Assembly: GCA_035687045.1 (NCBI GenBank)
Contig: DASRYU010000050.1
Location: 1-59,051 of the forward strand
Length of the DNA stretch: 59,051 nt
Source of the DNA: Thermoplasmatota archaeon
Lineage (GTDB): Archaea; Thermoplasmatota; SW-10-69-26; JACQPN01; JAJPHT01
Direction: 5' to 3'
Part shown: positions 17,800 through 25,997 of the stretch, one piece after another
How the letters are laid out: every line of letters begins with the position of its first letter
How positions within the stretch are numbered: the first letter of the stretch is position 1
The notes under the pieces: generated by a model
Databases searched by the model: none
Told to the model about the DNA's origin: nothing
The model's input: the letters and a program-made list of their open reading frames with translations, nothing else
Made by a program: the position numbers and the translations under genes

Positions 17800-19088
17800 A
17801 CCTTGTACGGGATGTCCGGCGGCAGCGTGTACCAGCCGCTCGTCGGGACCCAGCGCCCGTTCGGGACCCACCGGTACAGGATGGCGAGGCCGTAGAGGTT
17901 GAGCGACGAGATGCAGCCGGCGGGGGTGCGCTCGCCGCCGTCGCCCACGGCGCTCCCGTCGCCGTACACGAACGTCGCGGGGCTGTTCATGAGGTCGCTG
18001 CCGTACTCCTGCGTCCACGTCTCCGTGTGGCCCAGGCCGAAGGCGTGCGCGAACTCGTGGAGCGTGACGGTGTAGAGGTCGTTGACCTCCGGGTAGTCGG
18101 GCGTGAGCTGCCCGGCTCGCGGCGAGTTCGCGAAGAGGCTGAGCACGATGAGGCGCCCGCTGAAGTGGGCGGCGTCGCCGAGGCCCCACGCGTCGAAGAG
18201 CGTCTGCGCGACGGGCGTGCCGGCGAACGCGACGCCGCGGAAGACGGGGCCGCTGTAGGGCACGTAGCCGATGATCATGTCGTACCCTGCAGGGTCCACC
18301 GGGTTCGCCCGGTCAAAGATCTCGACCTCGACCTCGATCTCGCGCAGGTACGCGTACTGCGGGTAGTCGGTCGCGAAGCGGTCGATGACCGGCTCCCACG
18401 CGCGCACGCCGCGCAGCGTCGCGTCGAGATAGTCGAGGACGGTCGGGCCCGCGGGGTTGCCGAGGTCGCCGTGCATCGGCGGCACGAGGAGCACGTGCGT
18501 GTCCGTGTGCCGCAGCGAGCCGCCCGCGAAGAACGACTGCGGAAGCACGCCGAAGTCGGGGCAGGCGGGCGGGAGGAAGCAGAGCCCGTAGTCGCCGGTG
18601 AAGCCGTACTCGCTCGTGATGCGCAGGTAGTAGTCGCCCGTGACGGGCGCCGCGACAAGGGTCACGCGCGCGTCCCCCTGGTTCGTGTTGGGCGTGTCGA
18701 GAAGCACGCCGTTGCCGTCGAGGAGCTGGAACGAGAGGCGCCGCAGGTTGTCGTTCGGACCGCTGAAGGTCGAGCCCGTCAGGAGCCCCGCGGCGATGGC
18801 GATGTTGATCTCGCTCCCCTGCGCGACGTGGAAGACGTACCAGTCCTCGGGGTCGTCGAAGCCGCCGTGCAGGCGCCCGGTGTACGGGCCGGAGGGTACG
18901 ATGCGCGTCGCGTCGGCGCGCGTGTCGCCCGCGTCGCCGCCGGGCTCCGCCCCCGCGCTCGCGGCGAAGGCGGCGGGCGCGACGGAGGAGGCCGCGAAGG
19001 CGGTGACGAGAAGAAGGCTCGCGAGGAGGGTGGCGAGCGCGCGGGGGGAGCGGCGCGACATGCGGCTGCAGCGCGCCAGGCAGTGCAA
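17790..19088 (-). CDS. Secreted zinc metalloprotease, metzincin type (432 aa)
   Basis: - [11 protein letters not shown] (HExxHxxGxxH) zinc site followed by a Met-containing turn (SDLMNSP).
- N-terminal signal peptide.
- N-terminal pre-peptidase-like domain ([10 protein letters not shown]...DWYVFHV). Confidence 0.7.
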   Translation of the reverse strand: MHCLARCSRMSRRSPRALATLLASLLLVTAFAASSVAPAAFAASAGAEPGGDAGDTRADATRIVPSGPYTGRLHGGFDDPEDWYVFHVAQGSEINIAIAAGLLTGSTFSGPNDNLRRLSFQLLDGNGVLLDTPNTNQGDARVTLVAAPVTGDYYLRITSEYGFTGDYGLCFLPPACPDFGVLPQSFFAGGSLRHTDTHVLLVPPMHGDLGNPAGPTVLDYLDATLRGVRAWEPVIDRFATDYPQYAYLREIEVEVEIFDRANPVDPAGYDMIIGYVPYSGPVFRGVAFAGTPVAQTLFDAWGLGDAAHFSGRLIVLSLFANSPRAGQLTPDYPEVNDLYTVTLHEFAHAFGLGHTETWTQEYGSDLMNSPATFVYGDGSAVGDGGERTPAGCISSLNLYGLAILYRWVPNGRWVPTSGWYTLPPDIPYKVYC

Positions 19089-19130
19089 AAGCGTTGGGGC
19101 CGGACGACGGCGCGCCCGGCCCTGACGGCC

Positions 19131-19628
19131 TCACTTCTTGATGGCCGTCTTCTGGAGGTACTCGTTCGTCAGGTGCGGGATGTGGTGGCTGAGGTAGTTC
19201 GCCATCTCCGTCTCCTGGTCGAGAAGCTCGCGGCAGACGCGCGCGACCTCCGTCTCGCCCATCGACTCGGCGGCCGCGACGAGCGACTTGTAGCAGGCGA
19301 TCTCGAAGTTCTCGATGCCGTGGTTGGCGAGCGCGATCTTCACGATGCCGTCGGGCGAGGACGCCGGCACCATGTTGTGGACGTGGCCCGCGATGGAGTA
19401 CGAGAGGTCCTTGAGGGTCGACGTGTCGCCGCCCATCTTCTTGATGACGGTCTCGAGGCGCTCCATCTGCATCTTCGTGACGTCGCGGTGCTCCTCGAGC
19501 TTCTGCTTCATCGCGGGGTGGCCCTCGGCGCGCTTCGCCTGCTTGTCGAGCATGCCGACGAGCGCCTTCTCCATCGCGTGCGCGTCGCGGAGCCAGTCGA
19601 GCAGCGTTTCCTTCGGGTTCGTAGTCAT
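19131..19628 (-). CDS. YciE/DUF892 ferritin-like stress protein (165 aa)
   Basis: The family-typical N-terminus LLDWLRDAHAMEKALVGMLDKQA and a four-helix-bundle pattern. Confidence 0.8.
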   Translation of the reverse strand: MTTNPKETLLDWLRDAHAMEKALVGMLDKQAKRAEGHPAMKQKLEEHRDVTKMQMERLETVIKKMGGDTSTLKDLSYSIAGHVHNMVPASSPDGIVKIALANHGIENFEIACYKSLVAAAESMGETEVARVCRELLDQETEMANYLSHHIPHLTNEYLQKTAIKK

Positions 19629-19783
19629 GGAAAGGACCGTGCTCGCCAGCCCGCGCGGGCGGCATCACGACTCCGGTACGCTCGCGGGAGCGGGCGCGCG
19701 CGCAGCCGGCAGGCGAGCGCCCGCGCCTCGCGCGATGCGTCCGCGCAGGAGGTCAATGAGGACCGAGCGCAGCGCCCCCGATC

Positions 19784-20365
19784 TCACCCTGCTGTCCTGC
19801 GGGAGGATCCTGCGGAGCGCACCTTCCGCGCCTTCGGGGCGCGCGCGGCGGCCTCGAGCGCCGCGACGTCGAGCCGCTTCATCTCGAGCATCGCCTTCAT
19901 CGCGCGCTCGGCCTTCGCGGCGTCGCGGGAGTTGAGGAGGCGCACGAGCGCGCGCGGCGTGAGCTGCCACGAGAGGCCGAAGCGGTCCTTCACCCATCCG
20001 CACTGCTCGGCCTCGGGCACGGCGGAGAGCGCGTCGTAGTAGCGGTCCATCTCCGCCTGGTCCTTGCAGTCGACGATGAAGGAGACGGCTTCGCTGAGGC
20101 GGAAGTACGGGCCCCCGTTGAGCGCCTGGAACGGCTTGCCGTCGAGCTTGAACTCGACGAGGAGCACCTCGCCCTTCTTCGTGCCCGGGTTGTCGGCGGG
20201 CGAGCGGTGCACCTTCGTGATCCTCGAGCGGGGGAAGACGGAGACGTAGTACTCCGCGGCCTCGAGCGCGTTCTTGTCGAACCACAGGCACGGCGTGAGC
20301 CCCGGCGGCGTGGAGGTGACCGGGCGGCGCGCGGCGCGCTTCTTCGCGGACTTCTTCGTGGGCAT
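19784..20365 (-). CDS. VOC-family protein (3-demethylubiquinone-9 3-methyltransferase-like domain, 193 aa)
   Basis: - LWFDKNALEAAEYYVSVFP...VEFKLDGKPFQALNGGP...CGWVKDRFGLSWQ is typical of PhnB-like VOC proteins.
- Start at ATG 20365, inside the longer ORF. Confidence 0.7.
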   Translation of the reverse strand: MPTKKSAKKRAARRPVTSTPPGLTPCLWFDKNALEAAEYYVSVFPRSRITKVHRSPADNPGTKKGEVLLVEFKLDGKPFQALNGGPYFRLSEAVSFIVDCKDQAEMDRYYDALSAVPEAEQCGWVKDRFGLSWQLTPRALVRLLNSRDAAKAERAMKAMLEMKRLDVAALEAAARAPKARKVRSAGSSRRTAG

Positions 20366-20376
20366 GGCGACACCTC

Positions 20377-20946
20377 TCAGAAGGGAAGCTCCGGCTCCAC
20401 AAGCTGCGCCAGCTTGTCGAGGCTCTGCGACCAGCCGTAGGGTGCGCCGCTCGCGGCGGGGCCTGCGGGGATGCCGCTCTGCTCGATCTCGACGAGCGTT
20501 CCCTCGGGGACGGGCGTGAGGTGGATGGTCACGCGCATCTCGCCTTGCATCGTCGGGTCGTCCGTCTCGAACTTGTCCGTGTGGACGATCCTCTTGTTCG
20601 GCACGAGCTCGAGGTAGGTGCCGCCGAACGTGTTCTCCCACGACTTCGTGACGGTGTAGAAGGACATGCGGAACGTGCCTCCCACGCGAGGCTCGAACGA
20701 GTGCATCTTGCCGACGAACCCGTGCGGCGGGAGCCACGCGGCGAGCGCGTCCGCGTCGAGGAACGCCTTGTAGACCTTCTCCGGCTTCGCCTTGATGACG
20801 CGGCGCAGGCGCAGCGTCACGGTGTCGCGGCCGTCGGTCTTGTGGGTGCTCACGGTGGCCGTCGTCGCGCCCACCTGGATGGGCGCGCCTTCGGGCGTCG
20901 CGGGCGGTGGCAGGTGGCTCGTCGTCTTCGTCGGGTTCTGCGTCAT
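20377..20946 (-). CDS. SRPBCC / Aha1-domain protein, single domain (189 aa)
   Basis: PEKVYKAFLDADALAAWLPP...GGTFRMSF...YLELVPNKRIVHT pattern. ATGA overlap with the upstream ArsR gene. Confidence 0.75.
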   Translation of the reverse strand: MTQNPTKTTSHLPPPATPEGAPIQVGATTATVSTHKTDGRDTVTLRLRRVIKAKPEKVYKAFLDADALAAWLPPHGFVGKMHSFEPRVGGTFRMSFYTVTKSWENTFGGTYLELVPNKRIVHTDKFETDDPTMQGEMRVTIHLTPVPEGTLVEIEQSGIPAGPAASGAPYGWSQSLDKLAQLVEPELPF

Positions 20947-21293
20947 CCTTCTTCCTCTCCTTCGACATGCCTGGCCAAGGCGTCGAGCGCGTCCTCCCAG
21001 AACAGACGGTACTGGACGATCCAGCCGAACGCGACCGAGAGCGGCGCGGCGTTGAGCTGGCAACGGCGCACACGTCCGTCGGGCGTCTGCTCCAGGAGGC
21101 CCGCGTCCTCGAGCACGCGCAGGTGCTTCGAGATCGCGGGGAGGCTCACGTCGTGCGGCGCAGCGAGGTCGCTCACCGTGCACTCCCCCTCCGACAGGCG
21201 CTCGATGATGGAGCGCCGGATCGGGTGGGCGAGCGCGGCGAAGACCGCGTCGAGGTCCACCTTCGCACGGGCGGCCGCACGACCCTTAACCAT
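20943..21293 (-). CDS. ArsR/SmtB-family transcriptional regulator (116 aa from ATG 21293; ORF extends to ATG 21338)
   Basis: - wHTH signature: VFAALAHPIRRSIIERLSEGECTVSDLA...LPAISKHLRVLEDAGLL.
- The longer form would place two palindromic sites inside the coding sequence, so the shorter start is preferred. Confidence 0.85.
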   Translation of the reverse strand: MVKGRAAARAKVDLDAVFAALAHPIRRSIIERLSEGECTVSDLAAPHDVSLPAISKHLRVLEDAGLLEQTPDGRVRRCQLNAAPLSVAFGWIVQYRLFWEDALDALARHVEGEEEG

Positions 21294-21335
21294 CGGGTTA
21301 ACAATGGCGCGGACGACGCTTAACCTTTCGGTTAA
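21286..21335. promoter_or_regulatory. Two copies of the palindrome TTAACC-N4-GGTTAA (21286-21301 and 21320-21335), candidate ArsR operator/promoter
   Basis: Both copies sit in the extended context CTTAACC-N4-GGTTAACA, 34 bp centre to centre. The first spans ATG 21293 of the ArsR gene. Confidence 0.5.
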
Positions 21336-21395
21336 CATTCGAGACGACGGCGAGGGAGGGAAGGGGGGCTCGAAGCGGTCCGTGGCGCGGGTGGC

Positions 21396-21480
21396 CCCTC
21401 GCCTTCGCCCTCGCCTTCGCCCTTGCCCTTGCCCTCGCCCTTCCCTCCTCCCTCTCTCCCCAGCCCTCCTCCCTTACTCC
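21396..21480. repeat. Polypyrimidine (plus strand) tract with hexamer periodicity (YTYGCC)x7, followed by a CT-rich run
   Basis: Read directly: CTCGCC TTCGCC CTCGCC TTCGCC CTTGCC CTTGCC CTCGCC CTTCCCTCCTCCCTCTCTCCCC. A complementary purine run, GGCGAGGGAGGGAAGGGGGG, lies at 21349-21368. Confidence 0.7.
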
Positions 21481-22361
21481 GCCAGCGCCTTCGCGAGCTT
21501 CGCGAAGTTCGCCTCCACGCCCTGGCGGGAGCCCTCGGTGTGCTCCGGCGTCGCGAGCGGCCCCTGCGTGAACGCCATGCGCGTGCCGCCGTTCGGGAGC
21601 GCCTCGAGCGTCAGGAGCATCGGGACGTCGTAGGGCTTCTGGCCCGGGGCGAGAAAGATGTCGAAGTGCCAGGTCCAGGCAAGGGTGGTGAAGGGCTCGA
21701 CGCGGCGGTAGGTGCCGCCATTCACGAGGTCGTGCCCGTTCCCCGTCATGCGGAAGGCGTAGCGACCGCCCACGCGCACGTCGAGCGCCTCGACGCGGAA
21801 GTCGTACCCCATCTCCTTCGCCGAGAGCGCCCACCACTTCATGAGCCCCTCCTCCGTCGTCCACATCCGCCAGACGCGCTCCGGCGCCGCGCGGAACTCG
21901 CGCTCGAGCGTGAAGCCGTCCACGAACGCCGCGAGGCGCGCCGTCGTCTGCTCGAGCCCCTGCACCGCCCCGTACGTCTCGACGGCGCTGCGATGGGCGC
22001 CGGGGTCCTGGAAGCGCATCTCGAAGAGCATGCGCGTCCCCTCGCCCTCGGGGTGGAACGTGACGGTGGTGCGGAAGTGCGGCTCCGAGAGGTGGTCGTA
22101 CACGAGCTTCCGCGGTGGGTCGACCTCGACAAAGCGGATGCGGTTCGGGTACTCGCGCCCGTCGGGCCCGCGCATCGTGTGGTGCCACTCGCCGCCGGGC
22201 CTCAGCTCGAAGCGGTGCGTCGTCGTCGAGAAGCCGTCGGGTCCGAACCAGCGCGCGAGCTTCGCGGGGTCGGTCCACGCGGCGAAGACGCGTTCGGGCG
22301 ACGCGCGGAAGACGCGCGTGAGGGCAATCGTGAGGTCGGTGTCCTGCGTGGTGCTCGTCAT
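21474..22361 (-). CDS. Tandem double SRPBCC / Aha1-domain protein (295 aa)
   Basis: Two repeats of the family pattern (PERVFAAWTDPAKLARWF...; PERVWRMWTTEEGLMKWW...). ATGA overlap with the upstream ArsR gene. Confidence 0.75.
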   Translation of the reverse strand: MTSTTQDTDLTIALTRVFRASPERVFAAWTDPAKLARWFGPDGFSTTTHRFELRPGGEWHHTMRGPDGREYPNRIRFVEVDPPRKLVYDHLSEPHFRTTVTFHPEGEGTRMLFEMRFQDPGAHRSAVETYGAVQGLEQTTARLAAFVDGFTLEREFRAAPERVWRMWTTEEGLMKWWALSAKEMGYDFRVEALDVRVGGRYAFRMTGNGHDLVNGGTYRRVEPFTTLAWTWHFDIFLAPGQKPYDVPMLLTLEALPNGGTRMAFTQGPLATPEHTEGSRQGVEANFAKLAKALAE

Positions 22362-22678
22362 GTCTCTTCCTCCTCCAGGGCGCGCGCGAGGCGGTCGAAG
22401 GCCGCGTTCCAGCGCGCCTCCGTCCTGCGCACGAACTCCTGCACCGGCGTGAGCCCCTGCGGGCGCAGGCGCACGTACCGGCTGCGGCCGACCTTGCGCG
22501 TCTCCACGAGGCCCGCCTCCTCCAGCGTCCTCACGTGCTTCTGCACGGCCATGAGGCTCATCGGCAGAGGCTCCGCGAGCTCGCTGAGGGTGCGTTCGCC
22601 GCGCTCTAGCCTGGACAGGAGCGCGCGGCGCGTCGGGTCGGCCAACGCCGCGAACGCGAGGTCCAGGCTCACGCTCAA
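22358..22678 (-). CDS. ArsR/SmtB-family transcriptional regulator (106 aa from TTG 22678; GTG 22672 fits the TATA spacing better)
   Basis: AFAALADPTRRALLSRLERGERTLSELA...MAVQKHVRTLEEAGLV. Confidence 0.85.
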   Translation of the reverse strand: MSVSLDLAFAALADPTRRALLSRLERGERTLSELAEPLPMSLMAVQKHVRTLEEAGLVETRKVGRSRYVRLRPQGLTPVQEFVRRTEARWNAAFDRLARALEEEET

Positions 22679-22697
22679 CTTGTAGGTTTAGCGTCGC

Positions 22698-22704
22698 GAT
22701 AAAG
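22698..22704 (-). promoter_or_regulatory. TATA-like box CTTTATC, 19-25 nt upstream of the second ArsR start codons
   Basis: The minus strand reads GCTTTATCGCG...TTGAGCGTG. Confidence 0.45.
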
Positions 22705-22786
22705 CTGTCGGCGGACGAGAAGGGGCAGAAGAAGAGGGGGAGAAGGGCGGCGCCGGGCGCCGCCGTTGGCGCGAGCGCGCGCGTCT

Positions 22787-23659
22787 CTACGCGAGGACGC
22801 GCTCGAGCTTGTCGAGGCACGCGCCGAAGCCCTGGCGCGCGACCTCGACGGGGAAGTCCTTGGGGAGCCCGCTCTGCGTGAGCACGAGGCGCGTCTTGTC
22901 GCCCGGGAGCGCTTCGAAGGTCACGCGCATCTGCATGGGGTGGCCGTCGAAGATGTCCGTGCGGTCGCGGTTCGCCTCGAACATCACGATCTCGCGCGGC
23001 TTGTCGAGCTTGAGGAAGAGGAACGCCGCCTCGGGGTAGCGCTCCCCATTCTCGCCGATCATCGTGAAGCGGCCGCGGCCACCGGGGCGCGGGTCGAACT
23101 CGTGCACCTCGGCGTCCGCGCGGAAGGGGCTGATCCACTTCTTGTAGACCTCGCGGTCGGTGAAGGCCGTCCAGACGTCCTCGGGCGTCGCGTCGAGCAC
23201 GCGCTCGAGCGACCACGACTGGCCGCCGATGGGCGTGCTGCGCGCGAGCTCGACGTCGAGGTTGACGAGGCACTGGCCCCAGCCGACCATCGCGGCCTCG
23301 TGCCAGTCGGGCGGGACGCCCGTGATCTCGACGAGGAGGCGGCAGCGCGCCTTCCCGACGGGCTCGATGCGCACGTCGAGGAGGAAGCTCTTGTCCTCGC
23401 TCCCGGAGACGAGGTGGGAGTAGGGGCGGAGGAGGTGGAAGACGCCCTCCTGCGGGTTCTTGTTGCCGTCGGGCTGCGGCATGTCGAAGCGCATGCGCCC
23501 GCCCTCGCGGAGGTCCCACTCGTGGATGACGAGGTCGATGCCCGACGGGTTGAGCCACTTGGCGTAGTGGGTCGGGTCGGTCCACGCCTCCCACATCTCC
23601 TGCGGGGTGGCGTCGAAGGTGCGTTCGAGTCGGAGCGGCTTGGGCTGCGCGATGGTCAT
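22787..23659 (-). CDS. Tandem double SRPBCC / Aha1-domain protein (290 aa)
   Basis: Two repeats (PQEMWEAWTDPTHYAKWL...; PEDVWTAFTDREVYKKWI...). ATGA overlap with the upstream ArsR gene. Confidence 0.75.
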   Translation of the reverse strand: MTIAQPKPLRLERTFDATPQEMWEAWTDPTHYAKWLNPSGIDLVIHEWDLREGGRMRFDMPQPDGNKNPQEGVFHLLRPYSHLVSGSEDKSFLLDVRIEPVGKARCRLLVEITGVPPDWHEAAMVGWGQCLVNLDVELARSTPIGGQSWSLERVLDATPEDVWTAFTDREVYKKWISPFRADAEVHEFDPRPGGRGRFTMIGENGERYPEAAFLFLKLDKPREIVMFEANRDRTDIFDGHPMQMRVTFEALPGDKTRLVLTQSGLPKDFPVEVARQGFGACLDKLERVLA

Positions 23660-24009
23660 GGTCGTCCTTCCTTCTTCCTCTTCGCCTGCGCGAGGTGTTC
23701 CGCGAGCTTGTCCAAGCGCGCCTCCCACAGACGTCGGTAGTCGTTCACCCACTCCTCCAGCTCCACGAACGGCTCGGGCCGCAGCGAGTAGTAGCGGCGG
23801 TTCGCCTCCGCGCGCACGTCGACGAACCCTGCCTCGTGGAGAAGGCGGAGCTGCTTCGAGACGCCGGGCTGGTGGATGTCGACCTCGTCGACGAGCTCGC
23901 TCACCGTGCGCTCTCCGTCGCGCAGCGCCTCGATGAGGCGCCGTCGCGTCGGGTCCGCGAGGATCTCGAACACGTCGGCCACGCGCCCTGAATATCGCTT
24001 ATGGAGCAT
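23656..24009 (-). CDS. ArsR/SmtB-family transcriptional regulator (117 aa from ATG 24009; GTG 23982 possible)
   Basis: VFEILADPTRRRLIEALRDGERTVSELV...QPGVSKQLRLLHEAGFV. Confidence 0.85.
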   Translation of the reverse strand: MLHKRYSGRVADVFEILADPTRRRLIEALRDGERTVSELVDEVDIHQPGVSKQLRLLHEAGFVDVRAEANRRYYSLRPEPFVELEEWVNDYRRLWEARLDKLAEHLAQAKRKKEGRP

Positions 24010-24054
24010 ATTCCTTTCCAGCGATACGGGGGCGCGTGCGCTGGGGCGGAGAAG

Positions 24055-24094
24055 GGAAGGGAAAGAAAAGAAGGGGGCCGGGCGGGGCCCGGCC
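24055..24094 (-). terminator. Hairpin (7-bp GC stem, 5-nt loop, 24076-24094) followed on the transcribed strand by a C/T-rich run with a T4 tract
   Basis: The minus strand downstream of stop 24103 reads GGCCGGG-CCCCG-CCCGGCC then CCCTTCTTTTCTTTCCC, which is intrinsic-terminator-like. Confidence 0.5.
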
Positions 24095-24102
24095 GGACGG
24101 GC

Positions 24103-24897
24103 TCAGCTCTCGTATTCGCGCGAGAGGTCCTTGCCCTGGAGCTTGCGGTCGGATTCCGCGAGCGGGGTCTTGCTGATGTCGGGCATCTCGGTGCCCTGGC
24201 CGGTCGAGCCGGCGCCGAGGGAGGAGCCGCTCGTGCCCAGCTGCGAGCCGCCCATGCCCATGCCGGTCGAGCCGCTGGTGCCGCCGATCGAGCTGGGCTC
24301 GTTGTAGGCGCTCGTCATCCCCATGGAGCCGGTGGAGCCGAGGCTGCTGCCCATCGACGACGGGGACGAGGACGAGGACGAGGACGAGGAGCTTCCGGAG
24401 CTCGAGCCCAGCGTGCTCTTCGTCTTGTCGACGTTCTCCTGCACGGCGCTCTTCACCGTGTGGGCCGTCTCGCTGAGCTTCTGGCCCGCCTCCTTCATCG
24501 GCTCCTTGAGGCTCGTCGCCTCGTCGCGGACGCTGCTGAAGGTGGACTTCGCCGTGCTCGACAGGTCCTTCGCCGTCTCGCTGATCTTCTGGCCCGCGTC
24601 CTTCACGGGCTGGCGGAGGCTGCTCACCTCTTCGCTCACGCTCGAGACGGTCGTGCGCGCGGTCTCGCCCGCGCTGCGGATCGCGTTCTGCGTCTCGCCC
24701 GCGATGTTGCTCTTCTCCGTCTCGCGGTTGAAGCCCTGGAGGGCGCCCGCGACGGCGGCGACGCCCTTCTCGACGACCTCCTTGACGCGGGAGCGGACCT
24801 CCTCAGGAGAGCCGGTCTTGAAGGTCTCCTTGATGCTCGACTTGTTCTCGCTCGACATGCTGCTGCTGTTGCTCGTGTTGTTGATCTGTTCGTCCAT
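24103..24897 (-). CDS. LEA/apolipoprotein-like repeat protein with a Ser/Gly/Thr/Met low-complexity tail (264 aa)
   Basis: - Internal repeats: ...SLRQPVKDAGQKISETAKD... and ...SLKEPMKEAGQKLSETAHT...
- C-terminal half is almost only S/G/T/M, with a poly-Ser run encoded by (GACGAG)x4 at 24365-24388.
- No TM segment or signal peptide. Confidence 0.55.
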   Translation of the reverse strand: MDEQINNTSNSSSMSSENKSSIKETFKTGSPEEVRSRVKEVVEKGVAAVAGALQGFNRETEKSNIAGETQNAIRSAGETARTTVSSVSEEVSSLRQPVKDAGQKISETAKDLSSTAKSTFSSVRDEATSLKEPMKEAGQKLSETAHTVKSAVQENVDKTKSTLGSSSGSSSSSSSSSSPSSMGSSLGSTGSMGMTSAYNEPSSIGGTSGSTGMGMGGSQLGTSGSSLGAGSTGQGTEMPDISKTPLAESDRKLQGKDLSREYES

Positions 24898-24908
24898 GGA
24901 CCATCACC

Positions 24909-25886
24909 TCAATATGCCCTGCCTCGCCCGAAGGCGTCGCGCACCGGTCGCACCACGTGGCGGACCTCCTCGCGCACGTTCTGCATGCGTTCCTCGCGCT
25001 CGCGCGCGGCCTTCGCCTTCGCGTTGCGCGACACCGCGAACGCGATGCCGCCGATCACCAGGTAGAGCAACGCCACGACGAAGGTGCCCGCCGGGTCGCC
25101 GATGAGAGCGTTGAGCCCGACGACGAGCGCGATCGTGAGAACGATGAGCGCGATGGTGGCGAAGACGACGAGCGCGAGCGTCATCGCGATCGACACGACG
25201 AGCGCGCGCTTCCACACCGCGAACGCCTCGCTGAGCTCCTGCGCGATGTGGCCGGGCGCGAGCTTCGCGCGGCGGCCGCTCTCGGCGACCGCGTCGGCGC
25301 GCACCTTCACCTCGGCCTTCGCGCGGTGCGCGGCGTACTTCGCGGACTCGACCGCGTCGTGCACGCCCTGCTTCGCGTCGTGCGCCGTGTGGCGGACCGC
25401 GTCCGCGGCGCCGTGCACCTTGTCGCTGACGGCGTGCCCGAGGTCGCTCACCTTGCCGGTGACGCCGTCGCGCACCCCTGTCGCGGTGGAGGCGACGCTG
25501 TGGCCGACGTGGCTCGCCTTGTCGCCCACCGCATGCCCCGCGTCGGAGGCCTTCGTGCCGACCGCGTGCGCGACGTCGGAGACCTTCGCCCCCGCGGTCT
25601 GGATGCCGTGCTTGAGCTGCTGCATCTCGGGCGTCTGCGCCTGCGTCTTGGCCTCGCCGGCGGCCGCTCGCGTCACGGAGCCCGCGTTCTCGATGGCCCG
25701 GCGCCCCTCGTTCGCGAGGTCGTAGCGCTCCAACGCGTCGACGAGCCCTTCCAGCGCGCCCCCGATGGCCGCCGCGATGCGCCTCGTGGCGTCCTCGGTC
25801 CGTGCGCCGGCGCTCTCGATGCGCCGCGACATGTCCGGGCGCTCGCCTGCGCCTGATCGTTCGATGTCGTCCGTGATAGTGGTCAC
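24909..25886 (-). CDS. Membrane protein with a His-rich LEA-like repeat N-domain and a holin-X (phage holin 3_6)-like two-TM C-domain (325 aa)
   Basis: - Repeats: KVSDVAHAVGTKASDAGHAVGDKASHVGHSV...KVSDLGHAVSDKVHG.
- Two long hydrophobic helices (ALVVSIAMTLALVVFATIALIVLTIALVVGL; FVVALLYLVIGGIAFAV) and a basic tail.
- GTG start. Confidence 0.55.
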   Translation of the reverse strand: MTTITDDIERSGAGERPDMSRRIESAGARTEDATRRIAAAIGGALEGLVDALERYDLANEGRRAIENAGSVTRAAAGEAKTQAQTPEMQQLKHGIQTAGAKVSDVAHAVGTKASDAGHAVGDKASHVGHSVASTATGVRDGVTGKVSDLGHAVSDKVHGAADAVRHTAHDAKQGVHDAVESAKYAAHRAKAEVKVRADAVAESGRRAKLAPGHIAQELSEAFAVWKRALVVSIAMTLALVVFATIALIVLTIALVVGLNALIGDPAGTFVVALLYLVIGGIAFAVSRNAKAKAAREREERMQNVREEVRHVVRPVRDAFGRGRAY

Positions 25887-25997
25887 CTCGGGTCTGACAC
25901 CGACTTGCCGGACAAGCGGCTAAAGGGGTTCTGGCGGATGCGTCACTTTCGGCGCGCCGCGGGAATCGAGGACTAGGAGGAGGGGCTCCGTCGAAGC

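Noticed and set aside
24909-25886. Prophage lysis cassette (holin)
   Set aside because: - No endolysin, terminase, capsid or integrase genes are nearby.
- The holin-X-like domain is fused to a long His-rich repeat domain and paired with an LEA-like protein, which fits a stress-protein context better.
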